Origin: Thermoplasmatales archaeon
GTDB lineage: Archaea; Thermoplasmatota; Thermoplasmata; Thermoplasmatales; GCA-001856825
Length of the DNA: 64,000 nucleotides
Assembly: GCA_038729485.1 (NCBI GenBank)
Contig: JAVYRX010000002.1
Span: 60,739-124,738, forward strand
Reading direction: 5' to 3'
Position 1 is the stretch's first letter, and each line of letters starts with the position of its first letter. The translations under genes and the position numbers were made by a program. The notes under the pieces were generated by a model. It was not told the DNA's origin. It saw nothing but the letters and a program-made list of their open reading frames with translations, and searched no databases. Shown here one piece after another: positions 28,282 through 37,429 of this stretch.

Positions 28282-28300
28282 TCGCATTTGAATTGGAGGC

Positions 28301-28675
28301 TTATTTTTTATTTAGCTCTTCTTTTATTTTATCGTACTCCTCCTTTGTTATGGAACCACTGGCCAATCGTTCGTCAAGTATGTCCATTGCTGATTTTTCC
28401 TTTAATTTCTCGCTTTCGTGCCATCCTTCCCCTGATGCAATCCCCAATATCCATATTATAAAGAAGATCAGAAGCACAACTGGAACAATCATCATTAGAC
28501 TCATCCAAAAGATTCCCCCGTAGCCCCATCCAAATCCCATCATTCCGTAGTAGCCATAGTATCTATAGGCGGCATACCTTGGAATGAAGACAGCACTGAG
28601 CACTATTGAAAGGACTACCATGAACACTATTAGACCTATGAATATCCAGAACACCTTCATTATGCTATTTTTCAT
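28301..28675 (-). CDS. membrane protein with C-terminal SHOCT domain
   Basis: Two hydrophobic segments flank a Gly/Tyr/Met-rich loop (YRYYGYYGMMGFGWGYGG). The C-terminal MDILDERLASGSITKEEYDKIKEEL is the SHOCT (short C-terminal) motif. Confidence 0.6.
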   Translation of the reverse strand: MKNSIMKVFWIFIGLIVFMVVLSIVLSAVFIPRYAAYRYYGYYGMMGFGWGYGGIFWMSLMMIVPVVLLIFFIIWILGIASGEGWHESEKLKEKSAMDILDERLASGSITKEEYDKIKEELNKK

Positions 28676-28738
28676 TTTTCCACCTGCATTCTAAATCTAT
28701 GAAAAACTATTTAATTCCGTCCTGAAACACATTTCAAT

Positions 28739-29257
28739 TTACCTTGAAATCCTTTTCAACACTACCTTATTCGTTGCTCCATGCCTGAGCCTTTCTACAA
28801 GACCCTTAGATTCAAGGCGATTCAATATTCTAGTTACGGTGGCCTTTGAATATCCACCGGATCTAGCGATGTCGCGTTGAAGCATTGACCCGCCGGCGCT
28901 CATCAGCATTTCTACCACCTCTCTCTCACCAGAATCGAGGAAGTCTAGTACCTTCCCCAAATCTTCTCCTGTGATCGGAGCATCTCCTGTATTTTGTATC
29001 ACATTCAATTTCTCCACGTTCTTGAAGAGGCTCATTACTGAAAATATTAAAAGAGTACTAGATATTCCCATCCCCATATAAACAAAGAGCGTAAAAGGTA
29101 CTCCTTTCACATCGTTGAATATGGAGGAATAACGCATCAGAAATAGGATGAACGAAAGGAGTATCAGGAAGATAACAGATGAAACTGCAAGAACTGCTGA
29201 TATTACAACAGTCAGGATGAATCGATTCAGCTTTCGTTCACCCGTTTCCCTAGCCAT
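28739..29257 (-). CDS. membrane-anchored winged-helix DNA-binding protein (COG2512-like)
   Basis: Two N-terminal TM helices are followed by EREVVEMLMSAGGSMLQRDIARSGGYSKATVTRILNRLESKGLVERL, a MarR/ArsR-type wHTH. Confidence 0.6.
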   Translation of the reverse strand: MARETGERKLNRFILTVVISAVLAVSSVIFLILLSFILFLMRYSSIFNDVKGVPFTLFVYMGMGISSTLLIFSVMSLFKNVEKLNVIQNTGDAPITGEDLGKVLDFLDSGEREVVEMLMSAGGSMLQRDIARSGGYSKATVTRILNRLESKGLVERLRHGATNKVVLKRISR

Positions 29258-29446
29258 TGAATCACTTTATGCATTCTCTCATATCAACTCTTTCCATTAC
29301 AGTGGCAATAAGCAATACGTGCGGATGATGAACGCCTCAAGAGTTAAATGCTTCTTAGAATCCATTGAGAGCAGCACTTATGTATATTCAAAATGGGCGC
29401 ATTTATTGGTCACACTAAATAATTAGAGGCCTAGGAATGTCTGAAA

Positions 29447-29676
29447 GGTGGGGAGGGTACCAATCCTTGTATCTAGAACAGATACTCTATGAGGTTTACT
29501 TGCATATAGACCCTGCCAGGTGCATAAAGGCAGCCCTCCCTAACTGGATCGAGAGGAAAGATAGAGTGAACTAGCTATAGGTCTGCCTCTGGGTCAGAGC
29601 TGAGAATTCCTTACATATCATGCAAAAGATTCCTCAAGCTACCTGGCATTTATTAAGCATACAGCCCCTCTCAACC
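29447..29676 (+). ncRNA. candidate structured non-coding RNA (family not identified)
   Basis: It lies in a 455-nt ORF-free gap. A closing helix pairs GGTGGGGAGGG (29447-29457) with CCCCTCTCAACC (29665-29676): 10 of 11 positions, including one G-U. Nested inside is TGCCAGGT (29514-29521) / ACCTGGCA (29641-29648), then two hairpin arms and small 5' hairpins. A TATA-like CTAAATAATTAG (29415-29426) sits ~26 nt upstream. Ends and strand are tentative. Confidence 0.3.
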
Positions 29677-29712
29677 TCGATTCGGTCTGCCGTAGCAATG
29701 GCAAGTTACCGA

Positions 29713-32019
29713 TTATTCACACTTTGAGTAACCACAGGTCTTGCAGGTAAGACATCCATTCTCAAATACGAGCGTTTCGTTGCCGCACTGAGGACAGGTC
29801 ATAAATGAAGTTTCTTTCTTTTCCTTTGTTTTTCCCACGGAAACGAGGAACTCTCCAGTTAGGGTGGACTGCGGATACTCCCCCTTCATCGCAAGTTCTA
29901 TGGCCTTAGCCACCCCGTCTGGAACCGAAGTAATCTTCGATCCATTCATGAACGTCGTTGTCTTTCCCTTAATCCCGGATAGCGCTTTTATTACTCGCGA
30001 TATGTCTCCCCCTTGCTGTAGATACAACGAAATCAGCCTGCCTATTGCCTCGGAATAGGCCTTTTCCTCAGATCCAGACTTTCCGACGTTTACAAACACC
30101 TCTACTGGATTTCCGTCCGAATCAAAATTAATGGTTGTGTAGAGCTTTCCTGTCTCCAGCAGCGGAAAGACTATTGTTCTCCCTGATAGTACCATGGACC
30201 TTTCGAATTCCTTTTTTTCCTTCTTTTTCATGGCCTCCTTTGTAAGCAGGATTCCTTCCCTAGACCCTTCCCTGTAAACGGTTATCCCCTTGCATCCTGC
30301 TTTCCACGCCGCAAGGTATATCTTCCCGACCTCATCTGCAGTGGCTGATGACGGAAGATTAACCGTTGACGAGATTGAGTGGTCGACGTACCTCTGTATG
30401 GTGGCCTGCAGCCTAACTCTAAACATCGGATCTATCTTATGAGCTTCAACGAAATATTCTGGAAGATCCGCCTCGTCCTTGATGCCGTATAACTCCATAT
30501 ACTCCCTTACAAGGGGATGGTAAACCTTGAATGTCTGTTTGGATAATGACTCGCTTCGTCTCGTGTAGGAAAAGGCAAAGACCGGCTCTATTCCGCTTGA
30601 TGTACCTGCCAATGCTGACCCGCTCCCGACTGGTGGGACTGTTATCAGGGCAACATTCCTCAACCCGAATTTCTTAATCTTGTCCAGGACGTCCTGTTCG
30701 AGCCTTAGAATAAACGGAGACTTTAAATGTTTCTCAAGTTCGAATGCCGGAAACGTTCCCTTTTCTGCAGCGATATTCGCACTCTCGTCATATATCGCAT
30801 TCATGATTTTCTTGAACAAAGAATCGATGAACTTGATTGATTCTTCCGTATCGTACTTTATTTTCATCTTTATCAGCATGTCAGCCAGACCTGTGAATCC
30901 AACACCTATCCTTCTGCTCTTTGCAGCTTCCTCCGTCTGTTGCTTCAGAGGATGCTTATAGAGATTGTAATCAACTACATCATCAAGGAATCTAACCGTA
31001 TATCTAACAGCCTTTTCGAGATCTTCCCAGTTCAGCTCCGGATTCTCGAAGGGATTTCTAACGAATTCGGAAAGATTGACGTTACCAAGGTTGCATGCGC
31101 CATAGGATTCCAATGGAATCTCAGAGCAGGGATTGGTCGTCAGTATTTCCATCCCGTTATATTCAGAAGTACTTTCCCTTTTCATGGTATCCCAGAATAT
31201 TAGCCCTGGCTCTGCCCAGTTCGTAGCTGAGTCTATGAGTTCGCTCCAGAGTTCTCTTGCGCGCACAGTTTTCTCGATTCTTTTGACTTTTTCGCTCTCA
31301 TAGTACAGGGTGAAATCATCGTCATTTTCCACTTTTTTCATGAACTCGTCCGTTATTCTTACTGATATGTTTGCGTACCTGACCCTATTCAGGTCTCTCT
31401 TAATCTTTATAAAGTCCAGTATATCCGGATGGTCAACCCTTATGGTGATCATCAGGGCGCCGCGCCTACCGGATTGACCGATAGTGCCCGTAGTCTCAGA
31501 CATTATATTCATGAAAGAGACGCTGCCAGTCGACCTGAGCGCTGCATTGTTGACGGGTGCTCCCCTAGGCCTTAGTACCGATATATCTGTCCCTACGCCT
31601 CCGCCCAGAGAATATGTTCTTGCCGCTTCTTTCGTCCATTCAAATATAGATTCAAGCGAGTCGTCCCCTATTGGTATAACGTAACAGTTATTCAGGGTCA
31701 CCCTCCTCTTGTACTTTTCCTGACCTGCCCCAAAAAGTATACGACCCCCGGGAACCATCCTGAAATTTTCAAGTAGCCAATAAAACTTGTTTTCCCACTC
31801 AGACACCTTTGAGGAACTTTCAACTGAGGCAATTTCTCTTGCTACCCGCCTCCACATTTCTTCGGGCACCTTTTCAACAAGGTTGCCGTCAAGATCTCTC
31901 ATCGCATACTTGTCAATAAACACCCTTGCTCTAAGTTCATCATTGCTAAACCTGGCAAGGGTTTCAGACGGGATTTCCTCCAGCGTTTTCTCAATGATTT
32001 CATCATCTTCTGCTGCCAT
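29713..32019 (-). CDS. nrdJ: adenosylcobalamin-dependent (class II) ribonucleotide reductase
   Basis: 768 aa with TNPCSEIPLESYGACNLGNVNL (the class II active-site Cys region) and VPPVGSGS. A C-terminal zinc ribbon CPQCGNETLVFENGCLTCKTCGYSKCE is present. No intein-like insertion is evident. Confidence 0.88.
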   Translation of the reverse strand: MAAEDDEIIEKTLEEIPSETLARFSNDELRARVFIDKYAMRDLDGNLVEKVPEEMWRRVAREIASVESSSKVSEWENKFYWLLENFRMVPGGRILFGAGQEKYKRRVTLNNCYVIPIGDDSLESIFEWTKEAARTYSLGGGVGTDISVLRPRGAPVNNAALRSTGSVSFMNIMSETTGTIGQSGRRGALMITIRVDHPDILDFIKIKRDLNRVRYANISVRITDEFMKKVENDDDFTLYYESEKVKRIEKTVRARELWSELIDSATNWAEPGLIFWDTMKRESTSEYNGMEILTTNPCSEIPLESYGACNLGNVNLSEFVRNPFENPELNWEDLEKAVRYTVRFLDDVVDYNLYKHPLKQQTEEAAKSRRIGVGFTGLADMLIKMKIKYDTEESIKFIDSLFKKIMNAIYDESANIAAEKGTFPAFELEKHLKSPFILRLEQDVLDKIKKFGLRNVALITVPPVGSGSALAGTSSGIEPVFAFSYTRRSESLSKQTFKVYHPLVREYMELYGIKDEADLPEYFVEAHKIDPMFRVRLQATIQRYVDHSISSTVNLPSSATADEVGKIYLAAWKAGCKGITVYREGSREGILLTKEAMKKKEKKEFERSMVLSGRTIVFPLLETGKLYTTINFDSDGNPVEVFVNVGKSGSEEKAYSEAIGRLISLYLQQGGDISRVIKALSGIKGKTTTFMNGSKITSVPDGVAKAIELAMKGEYPQSTLTGEFLVSVGKTKEKKETSFMTCPQCGNETLVFENGCLTCKTCGYSKCE

Positions 32020-32294
32020 TTACACCACTGTGACTGAATACTATAGCAAGTTCTACTTAAGTTTTTTTTTGAACGGACTTGATGGGAATTTGAAACTTCA
32101 CATACAATTGATTACATGCTAAATGATCTATCCATGTAAAATATACCCGTACTTCCCGAAATGCTTTTCTCATTGTACGAAATTGAGCCACCTACGGTAC
32201 CTCGCGGATTGTTTCGGCAGCCAGCGCATCTTCTATCAAATCCAAACGTTAACGGCCCAATCTAATTTTAAGGGGAGCCATAAACAAACTAAAT

Positions 32295-32323
32295 AAATTT
32301 GATAAAATATAAATATCGAATTT
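32295..32323. promoter_or_regulatory. imperfect palindrome AAATTTGATA-n9-TATCGAATTT over the promoter/start region of the wHTH gene
   Basis: 9 of 10 arm positions are complementary. The AT-rich spacer is AAATATAAA. The site ends 2 nt before ATG 32326. This makes it a candidate operator. Confidence 0.3.
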
Positions 32324-32325
32324 TT

Positions 32326-32700
32326 ATGAAGTATGGTATGGCTGAAGGATTCACACCTGAGGACGAGAAGCTGGCTGGTTTGCTCATTCAAATGGGCGTT
32401 CCTAGGAACGTATCGAAAGCTTTGGTGTACATGAAGAATAGACAGGAAACTACTTCTGTTGAGATAGAAAAGAATGCCAATCTTAGGCAGCCAGAGGTAT
32501 CTATAGCTATGAGAATTTTGAAGGAACACGGATGGATAATGAAGAGGGATATTAAGAAGGAGGGAAAGGGAAGGCCTGTTCATGGTTACAGACTAGCAAA
32601 ACCATTCAACGAGATAGTTAAAGAACTGGAAGAGGAGCAGAGAAAGAAAATCTCAGATATGCAAAATGTGCTTGGGCAGATACAGGAGCTTGTGTTTTAA
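32326..32700 (+). CDS. small winged-helix transcriptional regulator (ArsR/TrmB-like) with C-terminal coiled coil
   Basis: LAGLLIQMGVPRNVSKALVYM...TSVEIEKNANLRQPEVSIAMRILKEHGWI...GKGRPVHGYRL is an HTH plus wing. The ORF-track start at 32299 is TTG; ATG is at 32326. Confidence 0.6.
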   Translation: MKYGMAEGFTPEDEKLAGLLIQMGVPRNVSKALVYMKNRQETTSVEIEKNANLRQPEVSIAMRILKEHGWIMKRDIKKEGKGRPVHGYRLAKPFNEIVKELEEEQRKKISDMQNVLGQIQELVF

Positions 32701-32719
32701 AAGACTCTGAGAGCCCGAA

Positions 32720-33373
32720 TTAGGACTCGATTTTCCTTATTTCATTTTCTGTAGATACTAAAACTGTCTTTTTCCCGCCTAGAAATAGACCTGTTTCAAC
32801 GACCCCAGTAATCCCCTTTATTTTCAGATCCAAAGACTCAACGTTGCCTTTATCTGACCGGGTGCAGTCGCAAATCATATTCCCATTGTCAGTTATGAAA
32901 CCCTCCCTAAGTTTACATTTAAGGCCAAGTAATTCGATATTCTTAATAATCGTGGCATGGCCAAACTGCATTATTTCAACGGGTATTCCCCTCTTTTCGG
33001 GTATTTTCGTTACGAGCTTTTCATCTGTTATTATGACAAGGTACCTTTTTGACTTCTTCCAAACCATCTTTTCCCTGGTTAATTGCCCGCCTCCACCCTT
33101 AAGAATGTTTAGATCACGATCCACTTCGTCGGCTCCGTCAACAGTTATGTCTATCCAATCGACGTCATCTATGTTTACTGTCTTGATGCCCAATCCCCTC
33201 GCAAGATTTTCAGAGGATATGGAAGTTGCTACGCCGACGATCTTGTCTTTTTGCCTGCTCTTTGCGAGTTCCTTTATGAACTCCGAAGCCGTCGTCCCTG
33301 AGCCAAGGCCTACAACGTTCCCTTCTGCGATATACTTTATCGCCTCTAACGCAACCTGGAGCTTTTTATCCAT
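32720..33373 (-). CDS. rpiA: ribose-5-phosphate isomerase A
   Basis: VVGLGSGTTASEFI...ITVDGADEVD...LKGGGGQLTREKMV are the RpiA signature motifs. Confidence 0.88.
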   Translation of the reverse strand: MDKKLQVALEAIKYIAEGNVVGLGSGTTASEFIKELAKSRQKDKIVGVATSISSENLARGLGIKTVNIDDVDWIDITVDGADEVDRDLNILKGGGGQLTREKMVWKKSKRYLVIITDEKLVTKIPEKRGIPVEIMQFGHATIIKNIELLGLKCKLREGFITDNGNMICDCTRSDKGNVESLDLKIKGITGVVETGLFLGGKKTVLVSTENEIRKIES

Positions 33374-33517
33374 GATGGCACCCTCGGATGTTTACCCAGG
33401 TAAATGCTTGTATTCATTATAACTTTATTCTGTCGGATAACACTATATAAATATAAAGCCCCCATTTACTGAAACGGGAATGCTTCTACTTTCCCAAAAG
33501 CCGAATAATGAAGATCA

Positions 33518-34378
33518 TTAATACTTGGGTATAAATTTCTCATAGCCCATTCTTAAAGCGTTGTCGTCCAGATGGGTATAGATTTGCGTCGTACTTATAC
33601 TTGAATGGCCTAGCAGAACCTGTATTATCCTGAGATCTGCACCGTTCCTGAGTAGGGATGTTGCGAAAGTGTGCCTGAAGGTATGTGGCGTAATCTTTTT
33701 TTGAATTCCGGACCTTGCAACGATTGATCTAATTATTCTTTCAACAGTTACAGGGGATATTTTCTTGCTCCTGGATGTGGGGAATAAGAATTCGCTTTTC
33801 CTGCTAGACTTTGCATAGGCCAAATAAGACCTAAGATCCTGAACGACCTCGTTACTGAACACCACAAGCCTGTCCTTGTCTCCCTTTCCGCTTCTAACCT
33901 TTATCGTCTTACCGTTGACATCGATATCGCCAAACTTAAGGGAACACAGTTCTGATACCCTCAGACCTGTGTAAACCAAGAGTTTAACGATGAGCCTTTC
34001 TCTGAGGTCTATGCAACTGTTCAGTATTGTTTTGACCTCATCCGTGTTAAGATAATTGGGTACCTTTTGAGGTCTCTTAGGAGCTTTCAATCTACCGATG
34101 TTCTCAAGGCTCAGATAATCTATGAGCGACTGCAAGGCTCTCACATATAGATAGATGGTACTCTTAGAATATCCCTTGTCTATGGCAAGATATTCCTTGA
34201 ATTTTTCTATGTTTTCTATGTTTATTTTATCCGCATCGTAATCTATGTACTCTAGAAATTGTTTTGCAACATAACCGTACATCTTGACGGTATTCCTGCT
34301 CTTTCCGTTTCCATAGAGCCTTTTTATGAAGTTGTCTGTCACGTCTGTGTCTAAACTGAAAGCCTCTTTTTGGCCCAT
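33518..34378 (-). CDS. xerA: tyrosine recombinase XerA-like (XerC/D family integrase)
   Basis: An N-terminal SAM-like domain is followed by a catalytic domain with GLRVSEL..., HTFRHTFATSLLRNGADLRIIQVLLGHSSISTTQIYTHL (R..H-x-x-R..H..Y). 286 aa with housekeeping flanks. Confidence 0.8.
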   Translation of the reverse strand: MGQKEAFSLDTDVTDNFIKRLYGNGKSRNTVKMYGYVAKQFLEYIDYDADKINIENIEKFKEYLAIDKGYSKSTIYLYVRALQSLIDYLSLENIGRLKAPKRPQKVPNYLNTDEVKTILNSCIDLRERLIVKLLVYTGLRVSELCSLKFGDIDVNGKTIKVRSGKGDKDRLVVFSNEVVQDLRSYLAYAKSSRKSEFLFPTSRSKKISPVTVERIIRSIVARSGIQKKITPHTFRHTFATSLLRNGADLRIIQVLLGHSSISTTQIYTHLDDNALRMGYEKFIPKY

Positions 34379-34467
34379 TATTATATTAATAATTACGACA
34401 AATATAAGACTTTTGTCTGAATGGGAAAAATGTCAAGATTAATGTTCGTCTTGTGATTCGAGAAGTG

Positions 34468-35601
34468 ATGGAATTTAATACAACTGAACTTCAAAAACTG
34501 GAAGAAATATCTAGACTGGCTACTTCAGAAATAAGAAATGAGGCGGAAGAAATAGATGAAAATTCTAGGTATCCGTCTGAACTGGTAAAGAAGCTCGTGA
34601 ACATTGGTTTATTTGCATTCTACATACCCAGGGAATACGGCGGATTTGGGTTTTCACTGGGATCCCTGATGGAATCCATAAGAATCATTTCCAGGGAATG
34701 TGGATCCACTTCTCTAATCCCCGACGTAACCGTTTCCCTTTCGGGAGAGCCGATAATGAAATACGGAAGCGAGTTCCTGAAAAATAAATATCTTGGAAAG
34801 ATAGCGCGTGGATCCATAGGAGCGCTTGCAATCACAGAGCCGGGAGCTGGATCTGATGCTGCCGGAATAAGAACACTAGCAGAGCGCAGAAACGGCAAAT
34901 ACCTCATAAACGGAACGAAAACGTTCATAACAAATGGCCTTCAGGCGGAGTTTTTCGTTGTCTCTGCCCTCACTGACAGTAAAAGGAAACACTACGGCAT
35001 GACGCTTTTCGTCGTAGACAAGAATAGCGATGGCCTCTCAATAGGGAGGGAGTTCACCAAGATGGGCATAAGGGGTACGAGTACGACCGAAGTCTTGCTT
35101 GAGAACGTTGAGGTGGAAGAGAATCAGGTGTTAGGCCAAATTAACGACGGATTCAGGATAGAAATGGAAACCCTCGATGTCGGAAGGATAGGGATAGCCT
35201 CTCAGGCAGTTGGAATTTCAGAGGGGGCTGTTGGAGACGTTTTGAGATATGTAAGAGACAAAGGGATTGCTTTAAACGAACAGCATAGATTTACGCTTGC
35301 CGACATGGTGAACCAGCTGCACTCCTCAGTCACGAAATTCCACCAGGCAGTTGATTTCGTGATGAGGGAAAAGGACGCAACGCTAATGAGTTCTTTGTCT
35401 AAGCTTCAGGCTGGCGATTCTGCGGTCGGCATAACTGAAAAGGCCATAGAAATCCTTGGTCATTATGCATTCACAAGGGAATATCCGGCGGAAAGGAGAT
35501 TTAGGGAGGCAAAGATAACGCAGATATACGAGGGGACAAACGAAATTCAGAGAATAATAATTTCCCGTGAGGTGCTTAGAAAAGGTCTTCCGGTATTTTA
35601 A
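34468..35601 (+). CDS. acyl-CoA dehydrogenase family protein
   Basis: ALAITEPGAGSDAAG...NGTKTFITNG...YEGTNEIQRIIISRE are ACAD motifs. The ORF-track start at 34453 is GTG; ATG is at 34468. Confidence 0.85.
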   Translation: MEFNTTELQKLEEISRLATSEIRNEAEEIDENSRYPSELVKKLVNIGLFAFYIPREYGGFGFSLGSLMESIRIISRECGSTSLIPDVTVSLSGEPIMKYGSEFLKNKYLGKIARGSIGALAITEPGAGSDAAGIRTLAERRNGKYLINGTKTFITNGLQAEFFVVSALTDSKRKHYGMTLFVVDKNSDGLSIGREFTKMGIRGTSTTEVLLENVEVEENQVLGQINDGFRIEMETLDVGRIGIASQAVGISEGAVGDVLRYVRDKGIALNEQHRFTLADMVNQLHSSVTKFHQAVDFVMREKDATLMSSLSKLQAGDSAVGITEKAIEILGHYAFTREYPAERRFREAKITQIYEGTNEIQRIIISREVLRKGLPVF

Positions 35602-36425
35602 AGAGATGCCTTAACCAGCTCATACTTCTCGACGTCCTTCATTTCTGCTACTGGGGTAAGAGGATCGTGCTCAAATATGAGGAGCCATTTTTCGTCAGCT
35701 GCCCTGCTAAGCAATTCCTTCTTCCTCTCGAATGAATCCATTGGGTAAAGATCATATGCCATGATATAGGAGGGTTTTATATGAGCGGAGGTCGGTATCA
35801 GATCTCCGAAATGGCAAATAGTCTTGTTTCCTACCCTTAGAAACACTATTTGATGACCTTTGGTGTGCCCTCCGGATTTCACAAGCTCTACACCCGGAAA
35901 GATCTCTTCGTCCCCGTTGACGAGTTCAATATTTCCATCTAGATTCTTGAAATTCAGGTAGTTGTAGTTCGGCTTCGTTTTCTCATTCGGGTTAAGTATC
36001 TCGTCCATCGTATCCCTTTGCATATAATATTTCGCGCGGGGAAAGGACGGCACTATTTCCCCCTGATGATACATCGTCGACCAACCAGTGTGGTCTAGGT
36101 GGCCGTGCGTTATTATGACGTGCGTAACGTCATCCCTGTTTATGCCGAGCCTCCCGAGATCCTCGATAAGGTTTCTCTCCCTTCTGATTTCGTATATGTT
36201 CAGCATTTTGCTGTCGAATTTATCTCCCATGCCAAGATCAACTAGAGCTACGTAATTCCCGTGCCTAACGACAAGCACGTTTGTTGCCAGAGTTATCCTG
36301 TTCCTGTCGTCTGCCTTGAAGAATTTCTCCCAGACAGGCTTGGGAACAACGCCGAACATAGCCCCACCGTCAAGCTTGAAGGTTCCGTCGCTGGCAAGAT
36401 CAACCCTATAATCATTAAGTTGCAT
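35598..36425 (-). CDS. MBL-fold metallo-hydrolase
   Basis: VIITHGHLDHTGW (HxHxDH motif), with downstream His/Asp ligands (GGHTKGH, FEHD). Confidence 0.75.
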   Translation of the reverse strand: MQLNDYRVDLASDGTFKLDGGAMFGVVPKPVWEKFFKADDRNRITLATNVLVVRHGNYVALVDLGMGDKFDSKMLNIYEIRRERNLIEDLGRLGINRDDVTHVIITHGHLDHTGWSTMYHQGEIVPSFPRAKYYMQRDTMDEILNPNEKTKPNYNYLNFKNLDGNIELVNGDEEIFPGVELVKSGGHTKGHQIVFLRVGNKTICHFGDLIPTSAHIKPSYIMAYDLYPMDSFERKKELLSRAADEKWLLIFEHDPLTPVAEMKDVEKYELVKASL

Positions 36426-36460
36426 TATTTTGTTATTAAAAATCCATATTTATGCATATC

Positions 36461-37384
36461 CTAGCCTATAAGACGAGAAAATTCGTCATGAGAAGATACC
36501 CTTCTGCCATTGACAGTAACGTCCCTCCCTTTGCACCGTATCTCAGCGAATTGCCATGAATTTGCAGTTGCAATGTCTTCGAATTCCTTTTTGTATTCTC
36601 TGTCTACGGAAACAACGATCGAACCAGACGAGCTCGAAGAGAGTTTGATGGCCCTTCTCCCCGGCCTTTCATCAACGATCAGGGGCCTAGTCGCGGAATA
36701 ATTCACGTCAAACCCCCGACGGTTAAGGATAGAAATCTCTTCCAATCCCCTAATTAACCCGCCCTCAGAAAGATCATGGACGTAGTGAATATCCTTTTTA
36801 TAGGAAGAAAAGAGTCTCACGTATTTTTCTATGGAAAGGTCTTCGAGGTCAAATGCACGTTTTCCAGGCTTCATTCTTTCGAGGAAGAATTCCATCTCTG
36901 CGCCGATCCTTCCGACCACGTAAAAAGCATCCTCCTTTGTCATTCGTTTGTAACTGAATATAGGTCTCTGAAAGCCAACCAACGCCAGAGAACCCGCCAC
37001 GCCTGATATGGTATTCTCGTAATTTCCAGTGTGTCCAGATGCGACCTTTATGTTTCTATGTTCCAACTCCAGGAGAAGAAAATCCACATAATTCCAGTAA
37101 TCATCCCCAGCATCTGCCGGTTTCTCTATGTCAATCATAGCAATCTTCGGCTCCCTCCCTGAAGTCAGAAAATCGTTCATTGGAAAAATGAGTGAAAGCA
37201 TTGCATTTTCGATGGACGTAAGAAATGGGTAATAAACCATCGGCTCTATTTTAAATATTAGAGTCCTTCCTCCAAAATTTCCAAATGAGAAGTCCGAGCC
37301 TATTACATTGGACTCGAGCATCGCACTTCTGTGATTGGTTATAATTTTGCTTAGCCTCTCCAAATCTACCTTGCCGAATCCCAT
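36461..37384 (-). CDS. AIR synthase-related (PurM/HypE/ThiL superfamily) protein
   Basis: An N-terminal GK..L pattern, the central segment SGHTGNY...GVAGSLALVGF, and HDLSEGGLIRGLEE typical of PurM-superfamily C-domains. The specific function is unknown. Confidence 0.5.
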   Translation of the reverse strand: MGFGKVDLERLSKIITNHRSAMLESNVIGSDFSFGNFGGRTLIFKIEPMVYYPFLTSIENAMLSLIFPMNDFLTSGREPKIAMIDIEKPADAGDDYWNYVDFLLLELEHRNIKVASGHTGNYENTISGVAGSLALVGFQRPIFSYKRMTKEDAFYVVGRIGAEMEFFLERMKPGKRAFDLEDLSIEKYVRLFSSYKKDIHYVHDLSEGGLIRGLEEISILNRRGFDVNYSATRPLIVDERPGRRAIKLSSSSSGSIVVSVDREYKKEFEDIATANSWQFAEIRCKGRDVTVNGRRVSSHDEFSRLIG

Positions 37385-37429
37385 CTTCCCGAAGCTTAGT
37401 TTTAATAGAATTTAAATATTATGCGATAG

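Noticed and set aside
29325-29331. AUGAUGA C-box-like motif suggesting a C/D box sRNA
   Set aside because: No CUGA D box lies within the expected 45-70 nt, and no terminal stem is present. The nearest CTGA is ~116 nt away.
29551-29560. GAGAGGAAAG resembling the RNase P RNA CR-I/P4 motif GAGGAAAGUCC
   Set aside because: The match stops before the UCC. No complementary P4 3' strand (ACAGAA..GGCUUA type) pairing with it was found. The ~230-nt candidate RNA is also too short for type A RNase P RNA.
32020-32300. Possible cobalamin riboswitch in front of the B12-dependent RNR
   Set aside because: No B12-box-like sequence was found on the nrdJ strand. A TATA-like element sits ~25 nt from the ATG, which suggests a leaderless mRNA with no room for a riboswitch.
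32236-32583. 115-aa minus-strand ORF
   Set aside because: It is antisense to the wHTH regulator gene and runs through the promoter region. It has no motif.
33518-34378. Tyrosine recombinase as marker of an integrated element
   Set aside because: Its size and motifs fit the chromosomal XerA dimer-resolution recombinase. Both flanks (rpiA, acyl-CoA dehydrogenase) are ordinary metabolic genes, and no repeats or tRNA are adjacent.
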